The notes: generated by a model from the sequence alone, not told the origin. Positions 1-9,255 are shown, counted from the first letter of the stretch. The stretch is DNA of 59,049 nt from a virus (IMGVR_UViG_3300027808_000032:1-59049); one strand, 5' to 3'. Numbers and translations: made by a program.

Positions 1-144
1 GCATCGGCTCGGCTCGGCTCGGCTCGGCTCGGCTCGGCATGGGCATCGGCATGGGCATCGGCATGGGCATCGGCATGGGCAGTGAGCAGGGCAGGGCAGG
101 GCAGGGCAGGGCAGGGCAGGGCAGGGCAGGGCAGGGAGCAGGGA
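1..144. repeat. Left terminal direct repeat / contig overlap made of microsatellites: (GGCTC)6, (GGCATGGGCATC)3, (GCAGG)10
   Basis: Matches 58916-59049 except for 10 vs 8 GCAGG units. Confidence 0.9.
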
Positions 145-351
145 GCAGGCATCGGCAGGCAGGTATGGGCAGGCAGGTATGGGCAGGCAGGTATGGGCAT
201 CCGCATGGGCATGGCAGGAAAACGCCAAAAAATCGGGAGCAGGGCAAGGCACAAGCACCCCCCTCCCTTCGCGGAACATCGGTTTCACATTGGGCCCGGC
301 AGCGTAGAACCGGGGGGGAACCCAATGACTCACATTATCTCGACCTTTTTG

Positions 352-359
352 TATCTTTG
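352..359 (+). promoter_or_regulatory. Bacteroidota sigma -7 promoter element TAnnTTTG (first of many)
   Basis: TATCTTTG just before ORF 365. Same motif at 897, 4492, 5815, 6229, 8372, 9410, 14077, 16579, 20018, 20407, 29641 and 32641, each shortly upstream of a gene start. Confidence 0.8.
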
Positions 360-364
360 CTAAA

Positions 365-619
365 ATGATTAACATGAAAAAACCTATGATAATGCGTGGA
401 TTGTCTAATGGCTTAGATGTCCGCGGAGGCCGGTTGATTAACAATCGTGCGTGCAGTACAAGTGGAATTCAGAGGGCTGCTGAATTAAAGAGTTCGATGA
501 AGAGGGAGAAGAAGGTTAGCATGATTGCTGAGGGGATTCGTCGTGCTGAGATGGAGAAGGAGATGGGCAATATGATGATTCTTGGACCTATGAAGCCCAT
601 GAAGATGAAGAAGTATTGA
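365..619 (+). CDS. Small basic hypothetical protein
   Basis: 84 aa ORF between a TAnnTTTG promoter and a terminator. Confidence 0.7.
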   Translation: MINMKKPMIMRGLSNGLDVRGGRLINNRACSTSGIQRAAELKSSMKREKKVSMIAEGIRRAEMEKEMGNMMILGPMKPMKMKKY

Positions 620-634
620 TATTGATTTTGGAGT

Positions 635-663
635 AAGGGGTCTTTGATGGCCCCTTTTTCTTT
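635..663 (+). terminator. Intrinsic terminator
   Basis: AAGGGGTC-tttgat-GGCCCCTT hairpin followed by T-run. Confidence 0.7.
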
Positions 664-711
664 ACATATACTGTTTATATTCTGTAGATATTCTTATAAT
701 AGTGTCAATTA

Positions 712-871
712 TTGTCATATTAATGTCGTTTTTATGACAGTTAAAATACTAATAATCAATAAGATGTCGAAAATGTCGAAAATAAAGGTGAAATGAAATA
801 ATAAAAAAAAGTTGCGTGTGATATTAAAATAGAGAGAGATAGGGAAAGAAGGAAATCGTCATATTCGACAT
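712..871. repeat. Origin-like element, copy 1 (homologous to 49561-49721)
   Basis: TTGTCAT..ATGACA, tandem ATGTCGA, AT-rich core, AGAGAGAG tract, inverted TCGACAT repeats. Confidence 0.7.
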
Positions 872-922
872 AGTTGTTTGGTATAATTCTTTTTCATATA
901 TTTGTCGAAAATCTATTTACAT

Positions 923-2548
923 ATGAATGAAATTGGATACTCACCCAAGGAGTTAATGTTTGGGGATGATGGTCGCAAGCGGTTGCTTAGTGGCATCAAG
1001 AAGATGGCCGGTGCTGTGAAGAGCACGTTAGGGCCAAGTGGCAACACTGTTCTTATTGAGTCGAACAATCACCTAGGCGGTATAACGGTTACCAAGGATG
1101 GTGTTACGGTTGCCAAGTCGGTTGACTTGTTGGACCCGGTAGAGAACTTGGCGGTAAAGATGATGAAGGAGGCTGCTGACCGGACAGCTACAACGGCCGG
1201 TGATGGGACTACAACTGCGATTGTTCTTACCGAGGCCATGGTTGAGAATGGCATGATGGTTTTCAGTGAGAATCCTTCTTTAAACAGGACCGAGGTCTTG
1301 CGTCATATGATGAGTATTGTTGGCGAGGTGGTGAACATCCTAAAGTCCCGGAAGAAAAAAGTAACCAAGAAGATGCTATTAGATGTTGCTACCATCTCCG
1401 CCAACAACGATAAGGAGATTGGTCGAATCATTGCTGAGGTGTATGGCAAGATTGGGGCCGATGGGATTGTCACCGTTGAGAAGTCTCAGAGTTCAGAGAC
1501 GTATGCTGACGTGTCGCATGGGTTCATGGTTGAGCGCGGTTACTTGAGCAACTTGTTTGTGAATGACCAAAAAAGGGATGAGGTGATTTACGAGGACGTG
1601 ATGATATTGGTATCTGACTCGGAGATTAGCAACATCCTTCAGATTGAGCAGGTGTTAAAGCCGGTGATATCGGAGAACAAGCGTTTGCTAATCATTGCTC
1701 CTTGCAGTACGAATGTGGTGAACACCTTGGCTGCGAACAAGATTAAGAACAACTTGAAGGTGGTTGCTATTCCTCCTCCTCAGTTTGGGTACAAGCAGCA
1801 TGAGCTTATGAGTGACATCGCGGTGAGTGTCGGTGCCACGTACTTTTCTGAGAAGACCGGGGATGATTTGTCATTGATGACATTTGCGGACTTGGGTCAT
1901 GCTAGTAAGGTGGTGGTAAGCCGGGACAATACGGTAATAGTGAACTCTCAGTTTAGAACTGATTCCGATGAGATATCTCAAAGGGTTTCTCAGCTTCGTG
2001 GTGCATATGCTGAGGCGAACAAAAAATCGGACCGGGACTTCATCTTGAGTAGGATTGCTTCTTTATCCGGTGGAGTGGGGGTGATATACGTAGGTGGAAA
2101 CACCGACATTGAGCAGAAGGAGTTGTACGACCGAGTGGACGATGCGGTGTGTGCTGTACGCAGTGCTCTTGAGGAAGGGATTCTTCCCGGGTCGGGCCGA
2201 GCCTTGCACTACATTTCTTGTGAGTTGGCAGATAGGAGTTCATTTGGCAATAGCCCGGAGTACGATGCGGCCCTTGAGATTGTTGTGGCTTCGATTTCTT
2301 CTCCATTGAAGCAGATACTTGAGAATGCCGGGTACTGCGACTTTAGTTTGTACCTTGATAAGCCTCATATGGGGGCATCTGATGGTATTTGTTTAAAGAC
2401 GATGAGGGAGGGGGACTTGTTTGCTCTTGGTGTTGTTGACCCGATGAAGGTTACGAGGAGTGCGATTCAGAATGCGGTGAGTGTGGCAACTACAATTCTT
2501 AGTACTAATGCCATCATTACAATGGCACGCTCTTATGAAACCCAATAA
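923..2548 (+). CDS. groEL: Chaperonin GroEL (Cpn60)
   Basis: Motifs STLGPSG, VTKDGVTVAK, AGDGTTTA, ISANND, RVDDAV, EEGILPG, GVVDP. ATG at 923 preferred over TTG at 902. Confidence 0.97.
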   Translation: MNEIGYSPKELMFGDDGRKRLLSGIKKMAGAVKSTLGPSGNTVLIESNNHLGGITVTKDGVTVAKSVDLLDPVENLAVKMMKEAADRTATTAGDGTTTAIVLTEAMVENGMMVFSENPSLNRTEVLRHMMSIVGEVVNILKSRKKKVTKKMLLDVATISANNDKEIGRIIAEVYGKIGADGIVTVEKSQSSETYADVSHGFMVERGYLSNLFVNDQKRDEVIYEDVMILVSDSEISNILQIEQVLKPVISENKRLLIIAPCSTNVVNTLAANKIKNNLKVVAIPPPQFGYKQHELMSDIAVSVGATYFSEKTGDDLSLMTFADLGHASKVVVSRDNTVIVNSQFRTDSDEISQRVSQLRGAYAEANKKSDRDFILSRIASLSGGVGVIYVGGNTDIEQKELYDRVDDAVCAVRSALEEGILPGSGRALHYISCELADRSSFGNSPEYDAALEIVVASISSPLKQILENAGYCDFSLYLDKPHMGASDGICLKTMREGDLFALGVVDPMKVTRSAIQNAVSVATTILSTNAIITMARSYETQ

Positions 2549-2560
2549 CACTTAAATCAT

Positions 2561-2983
2561 ATGGCAAAAATTGTAGGGTGCTGCGGCACCGGATGCCCAC
2601 TTAAGGAAACGTGCTACAGGTTCTTGGCTCCCCAAGCCGCTCGTGGCGAAAATTTTGTAGATGGACCGCCTCACTCAGAAGGTGAGTGCGAGTTTTATTG
2701 GGGGGAGGCCCCGGGATTTCTGATGAAGGAGCATGAAGATGCAACAATGTTGCAAAAAGCTGAGTACAACCATGTGAGTCCGGACCACTATCGAAGCAGT
2801 TCATCGGGCATGGAGGTATTCGAGATGATGATAGCCATATGGGGTAGGGAGAAGTACATCGCTTTTTGCGAGATGAATGCGTTCAAGTATCGGATGAGAG
2901 CCGGCAAGAAGCCCGGGCAAGCTGCGAGCTTGGACCTTGACAAAGCAAATTGGTATGAGAATCAAATAAACAAATTGAAATGA
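2561..2983 (+). CDS. DUF3310-family protein (T7 gp1.7-like nucleotide kinase family) with Cys-rich N-terminus
   Basis: HVSPDHY..F.EMNAFKYRMRAGKK..DLDKANWY pattern; N-terminal CCGTGCPLKETCYRF. Confidence 0.75.
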   Translation: MAKIVGCCGTGCPLKETCYRFLAPQAARGENFVDGPPHSEGECEFYWGEAPGFLMKEHEDATMLQKAEYNHVSPDHYRSSSSGMEVFEMMIAIWGREKYIAFCEMNAFKYRMRAGKKPGQAASLDLDKANWYENQINKLK

Positions 2984-3237
2984 AAGCAATAGGAAAGAAC
3001 ATCATTGTGCGTACAATTGAGGAGGAGGTTCGCACATCCTCCGGTCTTTTAATTAGTGGTGAGGAGGCTCAATCATTGCGGTACCGGAAGGGCCGGGTGG
3101 TGATGCCGGGCACCGAGGTTGAGAACATAAAGAAGGGGGACTTGATTTACTACGACACTCGTCAGTCCTACAAGATGTTGATAAAGGATGAGCCTTACAC
3201 CATCATTCAAGAGAGAGACGTTGTTGTTGTTGAGTAA
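2980..3237 (+). CDS. groES: Co-chaperonin GroES (Cpn10)
   Basis: MKAIG..IIV, TSSGLLI mobile loop, GRVV..G, IKKGDLIYY, ERDVVVV; 85 aa; near groEL. Confidence 0.9.
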   Translation: MKAIGKNIIVRTIEEEVRTSSGLLISGEEAQSLRYRKGRVVMPGTEVENIKKGDLIYYDTRQSYKMLIKDEPYTIIQERDVVVVE

Positions 3238-3302
3238 TCAAGTCCAATAAACCATTCATTAACCCTATTTTGTACCTTTAATGATGCAAAAATGATGCAA
3301 AA

Positions 3303-3536
3303 ATGAGCCAACTAATTCTAAAATTCAACCTTCCCGAAGAAGAAACCGAGGCAAACTTTGCATTAAAGGGTGGGGAATATTTCTTGGTACTGCATGAATT
3401 TTACCAAAAGCTGAGGGATATTACCAAATACGGACAAAACCCCTTCAACGGCAAGACAGCAACTGAGCAAGAGGTTCAACTTGCCGAGCAGATAAGGGAG
3501 TACCTTTCTGAGCAAAAGATTGATGAGTTGTGGTGA
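3303..3536 (+). CDS. Hypothetical protein
   Basis: 77 aa ORF with phage-like composition. Confidence 0.7.
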   Translation: MSQLILKFNLPEEETEANFALKGGEYFLVLHEFYQKLRDITKYGQNPFNGKTATEQEVQLAEQIREYLSEQKIDELW

Positions 3537-3542
3537 TGACCA

Positions 3543-4049
3543 TTAGATAAAAACGTACTCCAATTTCTTTCCTTTCTTTATGTTTTTTTCAGCTTCAAGG
3601 GGTTGAAGGTTTGTGTAGAACATCAGCTCTTTCACTTGTTCTTCTGTTGTTGCCAATCCAATGGGGATGATATGGTCGATGTGCCAATATGTTCCATAGT
3701 TATCCCAAGCCATCCCGGGTTTGAATTGCTTTTCAATGTGAGCTTTAAAATCTTCTACGGTGCACCCTATATACTTTAATGTGGATTTTGATTTTGTAAT
3801 TTTATGTGTTCTTAGGATTTTTGATACTTGATTCCTAAGTCTTTTCCTCATCATGTAAATTGGATTGCTTTTGTTCTTATGATAAAGTTTTCTTTGAGCA
3901 TCCCTTACCTTGTCCATGTTGTTTTTTTTCCAATATTTTTGTTTTTGTTTTTCGCATTCCTTACAATTTTTTCTTCTCGAGAGGAGATGCGGTTTTGTTT
4001 TTCTAAATCGGTCAATAGGCTTATCGGTAAGACAAGTTTTACAAGCCAT
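3543..4049 (-). CDS. HNH endonuclease with N-terminal zinc finger (probable homing endonuclease)
   Basis: CKTC..CKEC zinc finger; WHIDHIIP..YTNLQPL..N..K. Start at 4049 would couple it to the upstream gene (ORF track start 4130). Confidence 0.85.
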   Translation of the reverse strand: MACKTCLTDKPIDRFRKTKPHLLSRRKNCKECEKQKQKYWKKNNMDKVRDAQRKLYHKNKSNPIYMMRKRLRNQVSKILRTHKITKSKSTLKYIGCTVEDFKAHIEKQFKPGMAWDNYGTYWHIDHIIPIGLATTEEQVKELMFYTNLQPLEAEKNIKKGKKLEYVFI

Positions 4050-4479
4050 CGTTGGCCCCAAACTTTTTTTCTTTTCGTTTTCTATTGAGCTCATGTATGT
4101 AGTTTTTATAAACCTTTTCGGTGTATCCAACTTTTTTTGCGAACATGGGGTTGTTCTTTTGGTCTACTGAGATGTCTTCTCCGTTCAGCTTGTTGTACAA
4201 GCTGCCAATCATTCTTGATGCTTTTCTTGAGAGCTTGTAGATTTTCCCTCGGTCTTGGGGGGTGTCTCGTAGTGCTTCAATCCACCCATCTCGAAGAAGG
4301 TTGTCAAATCTTTTTTTGTCCCACGACAGCAAGCTGTTGTATTCGTGCACGTCTGAGCGCATGAAGTATTTTTCAGAGTACAAGAACAGCAGGTACTCGA
4401 GGGTTTGTTCTGACAATCCATATTTCTTCTTTATGAAAAACTTAATAGGTCTCCAATACTTAAGGTAATCGTATTTCAT
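4039..4479 (-). CDS. Hypothetical protein, possible winged-helix DNA-binding protein
   Basis: YGLS..LEYLLFL..L.RDGWIE..YKLSRKA resembles MarR-like wHTH; minus-strand TATCTTTG at 4505-4512. Confidence 0.6.
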   Translation of the reverse strand: MKYDYLKYWRPIKFFIKKKYGLSEQTLEYLLFLYSEKYFMRSDVHEYNSLLSWDKKRFDNLLRDGWIEALRDTPQDRGKIYKLSRKASRMIGSLYNKLNGEDISVDQKNNPMFAKKVGYTEKVYKNYIHELNRKRKEKKFGANDGL

Positions 4480-4491
4480 TAAATTTTTTTT

Positions 4492-4512
4492 TACCTTTGT
4501 AGTGCAAAGATA
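4492..4512. promoter_or_regulatory. Overlapping divergent promoters
   Basis: TACCTTTG on + (4492-4499) and TATCTTTG on - (4505-4512) between divergent genes. Confidence 0.65.
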
Positions 4513-4517
4513 GCAAT

Positions 4518-4727
4518 ATGGCTGAGACCAAAAAAACTTTATCGGAAGAGATTCGTTCTGTAAACGAGAAGTATGCTAAGGTGAGGGCTGAGCGTTCTAA
4601 GGTTCGCTCTGATGCTCACACGAAGCGCAAGGCTACTATTGGCACGACTAAGAGAAAACAATCTGAAGGGGGGTCCTATGGGCTTCAGCAGCTTCAGGGT
4701 TTCTCATCATATAAAAAAACCCCATAA
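4518..4727 (+). CDS. Small basic hypothetical protein
   Basis: 69 aa K/R-rich ORF after promoter. Confidence 0.65.
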   Translation: MAETKKTLSEEIRSVNEKYAKVRAERSKVRSDAHTKRKATIGTTKRKQSEGGSYGLQQLQGFSSYKKTP

Positions 4728-4738
4728 AAAATACAGAT

Positions 4739-5095
4739 ATGGCAGCAATGCGTAAACCAATGACAAAAGGCCCAATCAAGGGTGCTAAGAAACCCACAAC
4801 CGGCAAAGGAAATGGTTCACAGCCTGAGCCCACAAATAAGGGCGGCACATATATGGCATTTGATAACGGAAGGTTGGCAAGAACTTATGGAAAATATTCT
4901 CCAATGGAGTCTATTGATACAACAGGTTTTGGCAAAGGCAAAAAAGAATTTCCTTTCACAACTTCATATTTCGCAGAAAGTAAGCCAATAGTTAAATCTG
5001 TAAAAAGAGGTGATGTTTCCGAGATTATATCTAAATTGAAAAAAGGCGCAACAAGGGTTGAGGATTTTAGAAGCCCAAGTCAAAAGAAGAAGTAA
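4739..5095 (+). CDS. Small basic hypothetical protein
   Basis: 118 aa K/G-rich ORF, tightly packed. Confidence 0.65.
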   Translation: MAAMRKPMTKGPIKGAKKPTTGKGNGSQPEPTNKGGTYMAFDNGRLARTYGKYSPMESIDTTGFGKGKKEFPFTTSYFAESKPIVKSVKRGDVSEIISKLKKGATRVEDFRSPSQKKK

Positions 5096-5097
5096 TC

Positions 5098-5391
5098 ATG
5101 GCAAGAATGAAGACAGGCCGGAAATCGGGTGGTCCCGGTGATGGCAAAGGAAATGGAGATGGAAAAGCATCATCAGGCCCAACATACGAGGGATTGACGC
5201 ATTTGACAAAGTCCGGAGTAAAAGGCCCGGCTACTTTTGCTGATAGCGTTTCGTATCGTCAAGGTTTTGTTCAAGGCAAGATGGGAACCGCTGCAAAGCC
5301 TGTTTCTTCTAAGAGCAAGGTGCTTAGCACAGACTACGCTCGTATGGCCGGCCGCTCCGAAGGGATGCGTGCTCGCACTAAGAAAAAGTAA
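5098..5391 (+). CDS. Small basic hypothetical protein
   Basis: 97 aa K/G-rich ORF; TAATG coupling to next gene. Confidence 0.65.
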   Translation: MARMKTGRKSGGPGDGKGNGDGKASSGPTYEGLTHLTKSGVKGPATFADSVSYRQGFVQGKMGTAAKPVSSKSKVLSTDYARMAGRSEGMRARTKKK

Positions 5392-5786
5392 TGGCCTACA
5401 CTAAGCCCGAGCTTCGTGAGCGCTTGAAGAATCAAGTGATGAGCTCCGGTGACGGAGGTAAGCCGGGGCAGTGGTCCGCACGAAAAGCTCAGATACTTTC
5501 GAAAAAGTACGATGATGCCGGTGGGGGGTACTCCGGGTCTAAGACGAAAGCTCAAAAGAGTTTAAGTAAGTGGACAAAGGAGGATTGGGGAACCAAGAGT
5601 GGCAAGCCATCTACCCAAGGACCAAAAGCTACCGGTGAGCGTTACCTTCCGAAAGCAGCAAGGCAGTCGTTGTCCTCCAAGGAGTACGCGGCTACCTCTG
5701 CAAAGAAGCGGTCGGACACAGCAAAGGGTAAGCAGTTTAGTGAGCAGCCAAAGTCAATAGCAAAGAAAACTTCAAGGTACAGATGA
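5391..5786 (+). CDS. Conserved basic phage protein (DUF5872-like)
   Basis: YTKPELRERLK..GGKPGQWSARKAQ..LSKWTKEDW..ERYLPK pattern. Confidence 0.7.
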   Translation: MAYTKPELRERLKNQVMSSGDGGKPGQWSARKAQILSKKYDDAGGGYSGSKTKAQKSLSKWTKEDWGTKSGKPSTQGPKATGERYLPKAARQSLSSKEYAATSAKKRSDTAKGKQFSEQPKSIAKKTSRYR

Positions 5787-5804
5787 GTCTCCGACAAGAG
5801 ACTC
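5785..5804 (+). repeat. 20-bp quasi-palindrome, copy 1; followed by a T-run, so may also act as a terminator
   Basis: GAGTCTC-CGACAA-GAGACTC. Confidence 0.85.
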
Positions 5805-5841
5805 TTTTTTTTTGTAAATTTGTAATCTAAAACCTTTTGAG

Positions 5842-5934
5842 ATGAAATCAGTTCCTTGCACGAACAAAGTTAAGACCGCTACCTCTTCCAAGAAAATGGG
5901 AGGTAAGATGTCTTACGGTTCAAAGAAAAAATAA
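5842..5934 (+). CDS. 30-aa basic peptide (not in ORF track)
   Basis: MKSVPCTNKVKTATSSKKMGGKMSYGSKKK; TAAATTTG promoter at 5815; ends 3 nt before next ATG. Confidence 0.55.
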   Translation: MKSVPCTNKVKTATSSKKMGGKMSYGSKKK

Positions 5935-5937
5935 GTT

Positions 5938-6228
5938 ATGGCCGAGAAGTCAAAGATGAGCTGCAACCGGCCGGTACCATCGGACCGTCCGGGCAAGAAG
6001 CGTATGGTTAAGGCTTGTGCTAATGGCCAAGAAAAGCTCTTGCACTTTGGTGCAAAGGGTTATGGTCACAACTACTCCGCTCCGGCTCGCAAATCTTTTA
6101 AGGCACGACATGGGTGCGATGAGGCTACCAACAAGCTGACCCCTAAGTATTGGGCTTGCAAGAATCTTTGGGCCGGCCCGGGTGGGTCGACTCAGAGCAG
6201 TCCCAAGGGTAGGAAAGGAAAATATTAG
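5938..6228 (+). CDS. Conserved basic phage protein
   Basis: KK.MVKAC..EKLLHFG..ARKSFKARHGC..YWACKNLW pattern recalled from aquatic phages. Confidence 0.7.
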   Translation: MAEKSKMSCNRPVPSDRPGKKRMVKACANGQEKLLHFGAKGYGHNYSAPARKSFKARHGCDEATNKLTPKYWACKNLWAGPGGSTQSSPKGRKGKY

Positions 6229-6240
6229 TATATTTGTCGT

Positions 6241-6423
6241 ATGAAACTGAGCGAAAAGAGCAAAGGTTTTGGAGATACGGTTGACAAGTTCACCACTGTA
6301 ACAGGGATTAAGAAAGCTGTGAAAGCAGTTGCTACCTCTGTCGGTGTTGAAGACTGTGGCTGTAAGGCAAGGCAAGACTCTTTAAATCGTATGTTTCCTT
6401 ACGACGTTAAAAACCAAAAATAA
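6241..6423 (+). CDS. Hypothetical protein (GDT..DCGC motif)
   Basis: SKGFGDTV.KFT..TGIK..DCGC..RQ..LN. Confidence 0.7.
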   Translation: MKLSEKSKGFGDTVDKFTTVTGIKKAVKAVATSVGVEDCGCKARQDSLNRMFPYDVKNQK

Positions 6424-6908
6424 TGGCATACTTAAAGTTACAAGTTGGTCGGGCTCTACCGGTTGTTCTGAGCGACACCATCAATATTCCTAACCCATCT
6501 GCGCCGGTTGGTGCCGGAGCTACTACCGGTACCGGTGGTGGTGGCACCCATCTTATTGATTCAACTCAAAACTTCATTACTCAGAACGTAAGGATTGGTG
6601 ATATCATCTACAATCTTACTGATGGTACCGCTGCTACTGTTTCGAGCATTTTAAATGCAACGACCATTGTTTGTAGTGCTGCGATATTTTCTACGACTCC
6701 TAAGAGCTATAAAGTGTATCCATCGGCTGCAAATGAGAACGGATGTGTTCTTTATGTTGGCACTGCCGGGAATGTTAGGGTTTTGACGATTGGTGGAGAC
6801 ACTGTTACTTTTACTGCTGTTCCGGCCGGTACGTTTATACCTGTAAGTGTAAAGAGAGTTTACTCTACCGGCACAGTAGCTGCTGCAAGCATATTAGCTC
6901 TTTGGTAA
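6423..6908 (+). CDS. Probable virion protein, spike-base-like (Rcc01079-like C-terminus)
   Basis: LYVGTAGNVRV..G.TVTF..VPAGTFIPV.V.RV.STGT.A..I.ALW. Confidence 0.6.
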   Translation: MAYLKLQVGRALPVVLSDTINIPNPSAPVGAGATTGTGGGGTHLIDSTQNFITQNVRIGDIIYNLTDGTAATVSSILNATTIVCSAAIFSTTPKSYKVYPSAANENGCVLYVGTAGNVRVLTIGGDTVTFTAVPAGTFIPVSVKRVYSTGTVAAASILALW

Positions 6909-6909
6909 G

Positions 6910-7743
6910 GTGGCACCACCTCTTGGATTAGGAATTGGAATTGGTGCAGGAATGAGTGCACCTCCGGCTTCGGGCGTTAAATTATTACTTGATGAAAACC
7001 CCGGTGCATCTGTTGCGTATTCACTTAGGAAATTAAGTAGTACATACACCGGTTCTTCAATTCGTGTTCGTAGGTCAAGTGATAATGCGGAGCAAAATAT
7101 AGGCTTTGTAGGAGGGATTTTAGATACTGCTGCATTGCTTAGTTTTTGTGGCAGTGGTAATGGTTTTGTTACTACATTCTACGACCAAAGTGGGAATGCA
7201 AAGAACAGCGTACAAACTTCGGCAGGCGCACAACCAAGAATTGTTTTGTCGGGGAACTTGGAAACATTAAATTCAAAGCCTACAATAAATTACATTTCAG
7301 CTAGGGCAACGGGTACACCTTTACAAAATGTAACTGCACAAAGCATTTTTACTGTTGCTCAGGTAAATAGTTATAGTTCGCTTCAATCGCTTGTTTCCTT
7401 TGATGGGCCCCAATTCGGCCCTTGGATTCGCTCTTATAGCCCGAATTATTGGAGAACACCGAGTACAGCACCAACAGATACCTTTGATTTCACAAATTTA
7501 AGTAATATGTACTTTAACGGCAACCTACATATAACAGCAAACAACTTTTTAAACCCACACATTTTATCGTCTTTTGGGTTATCAGCGATTACTAAAAAGT
7601 TTGGCATAAGCGACGTTACTTATGTTGGAAGATGGTTTTTAGGTAAGATGTCTGAATGTATTGTATATCCAACAAATCAACAAAGCGGATTTAAGTCAGG
7701 AATCGAATCAAACATGAGTTCTCATTATTCAATTCCATTATGA
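6910..7743 (+). CDS. Probable spike/fibre protein with lectin/LamG-like domain
   Basis: N-terminal GLGIGIG; AYSLRKL..Y.G..IRVRRSSDNAEQ.IGF..YDQSGN; C-terminal G.MSE.IVY. Confidence 0.6.
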   Translation: MAPPLGLGIGIGAGMSAPPASGVKLLLDENPGASVAYSLRKLSSTYTGSSIRVRRSSDNAEQNIGFVGGILDTAALLSFCGSGNGFVTTFYDQSGNAKNSVQTSAGAQPRIVLSGNLETLNSKPTINYISARATGTPLQNVTAQSIFTVAQVNSYSSLQSLVSFDGPQFGPWIRSYSPNYWRTPSTAPTDTFDFTNLSNMYFNGNLHITANNFLNPHILSSFGLSAITKKFGISDVTYVGRWFLGKMSECIVYPTNQQSGFKSGIESNMSSHYSIPL

Positions 7744-7973
7744 CCATATTAGGCTATAAATACTTAACTGAGGAAGATGCTCAAAAGGCAAGGAAAGATT
7801 GCTCTGACTATTATGGCATTCCTGTTTCTCCTGAAGATACAACCCAATATTGGGTTAATTATCAATGTGCAATGTTAGATGAACCTGTTTTTTGGTTCAT
7901 ACTATTTGACGAAAGCCTTGTACCAATTTTGGGAGAACCTATTGAATTTGATATAACTCAGCCAACATTGTAA
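7740..7973 (+). CDS. Hypothetical acidic protein (possible fibre chaperone)
   Basis: 77 aa, ATGA overlap with spike gene. Confidence 0.6.
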   Translation: MTILGYKYLTEEDAQKARKDCSDYYGIPVSPEDTTQYWVNYQCAMLDEPVFWFILFDESLVPILGEPIEFDITQPTL

Positions 7974-7974
7974 C

Positions 7975-8355
7975 ATGAAACTTACAAGTAACTTTTCTTT
8001 TAGTGAGTTCGCTTGCCGGTCAGGAAGTAATTTTAGCTCGGAGGCAGTTACAAACATCATGTTGTTGGCTGAACAGCTTGAAGTTATTAGGTCTGAGGCC
8101 GGAGGGAAAACAATTAAAATTAACTCCGGGTACCGGTCACCGTCTCATAATAAAAAGATTGGTGGGGCAAAAGACTCTCAGCATCTAAGGGGAACGGCTG
8201 CTGACATTGTAATTTCAGGTATGAAGCCAAGCGAAACCGCTGACTTAATTGAGCGGTTAATTGATGAGGGTAAGATTTTGGAGGGAGGTGTTGGCCGCTA
8301 CGCAAGGTTTACTCACTACGACATCAGGGGTAAAAAGGCGCGTTGGTCTAAGTAG
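7975..8355 (+). CDS. Endolysin, peptidase M15A family
   Basis: SGYRSPSHN..IGGA..SQH..G.AAD..GVG.Y..FTHYD zinc-peptidase motifs. Confidence 0.9.
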   Translation: MKLTSNFSFSEFACRSGSNFSSEAVTNIMLLAEQLEVIRSEAGGKTIKINSGYRSPSHNKKIGGAKDSQHLRGTAADIVISGMKPSETADLIERLIDEGKILEGGVGRYARFTHYDIRGKKARWSK

Positions 8356-8383
8356 TTTCATTTTAAAGTATTACCTTTGCAAT

Positions 8384-8818
8384 ATGAGATACCTTCTGAT
8401 ACTGTTGGTTCTATCATCTTGCATTACGGAAAGGAAATGCTACGATAGATTTCCTCCCAAGACTACCGTTGATACAGTAGTTGTGGACAGTATTGCGTAT
8501 CGCGATACTTTAATATTTGTTCCCGGTGATACGATTATTTTTGAGATGCCCGACCTGTGCCCGGATATGGATACCGTTGTTGTTTTTAAAGAAGGAAAGG
8601 TCAAGGTTGTAAGAAAAGATAGCATCCTTACTTTTGACTACGAGCAAAAGGAAAAGGAGCTAACAGCAAAGCTAATGGATAAGTATAAGTCTACTGTAAT
8701 TACAAAAACAATTGTTGTCAAGGAGCCTATTAAGTTTTGGCAGATGGTGTTCTTTTGGCTTGGTGTGTTTTTTATTGTTGGACTTTTACTTTTTGTGTTA
8801 TGGATGGCAATGAGTTAA
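8384..8818 (+). CDS. Lipoprotein with C-terminal TM helix (u-spanin-like)
   Basis: MRYLLILLVLSSC lipobox; C-terminal hydrophobic helix; between endolysin and holin. Confidence 0.65.
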   Translation: MRYLLILLVLSSCITERKCYDRFPPKTTVDTVVVDSIAYRDTLIFVPGDTIIFEMPDLCPDMDTVVVFKEGKVKVVRKDSILTFDYEQKEKELTAKLMDKYKSTVITKTIVVKEPIKFWQMVFFWLGVFFIVGLLLFVLWMAMS

Positions 8819-9255
8819 AAACTATTATTGCAAGCTACCTGCTTTCTTTGGTAGCTTTTTTTACCCCCTTGGCCGGGATGGTTCTGCTGATAACATTTGC
8901 TGTTCTTATTGATACCTATGTTGGGAGGTCATACGCAAAGTGGTCGGGAAAGGTTGTGACATCCGGAAAAACAAGGGTTGGGTTTATTCGAAAGATGGTG
9001 ACCTACTCGATATCGATTTTATTTTCATTCCTTCTTGACCACTTTATACTGAACGATTTTATCAAGATGATAATTGACAAGGATTATGTTTTCAGCACAA
9101 TTGCTACCCTCTTCTTGATTCATCTTGAGTACACAAGCATAGATGAAAAAGTAAAGTGGCGTACCGGGAAGAGTATTACAGAAAGGATAGGTGATTTTGT
9201 TAGGAGATTGAAGGATGTAATTATAAAAGCAAAAGACATTAAATCAGAACTGTAA
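8800..9255 (+). CDS. Holin (phage holin 4-like)
   Basis: Three hydrophobic segments; D..G..S..R.G..RK..Y and E.TSIDE pattern. Confidence 0.75.
   Translation: MDGNELKTIIASYLLSLVAFFTPLAGMVLLITFAVLIDTYVGRSYAKWSGKVVTSGKTRVGFIRKMVTYSISILFSFLLDHFILNDFIKMIIDKDYVFSTIATLFLIHLEYTSIDEKVKWRTGKSITERIGDFVRRLKDVIIKAKDIKSEL

Noticed and set aside
39-368. ORFs 39..368, 82..363, 58689..59000 and 58716..58991
   Set aside because: They are translations of the terminal microsatellites (MGIG, GQGRA, MPMP) with no coding signal.
3281-3305. Tandem 11-bp duplication AATGATGCAAA
   Set aside because: A single short slippage-type duplication with no other copies noticed.
5785-5804. Palindrome as a cloning scar (inverted BsmAI-type GTCTC sites)
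   Set aside because: Twelve naturally degenerate copies, some in-frame in genes, with a conserved spacer do not fit an engineered origin.
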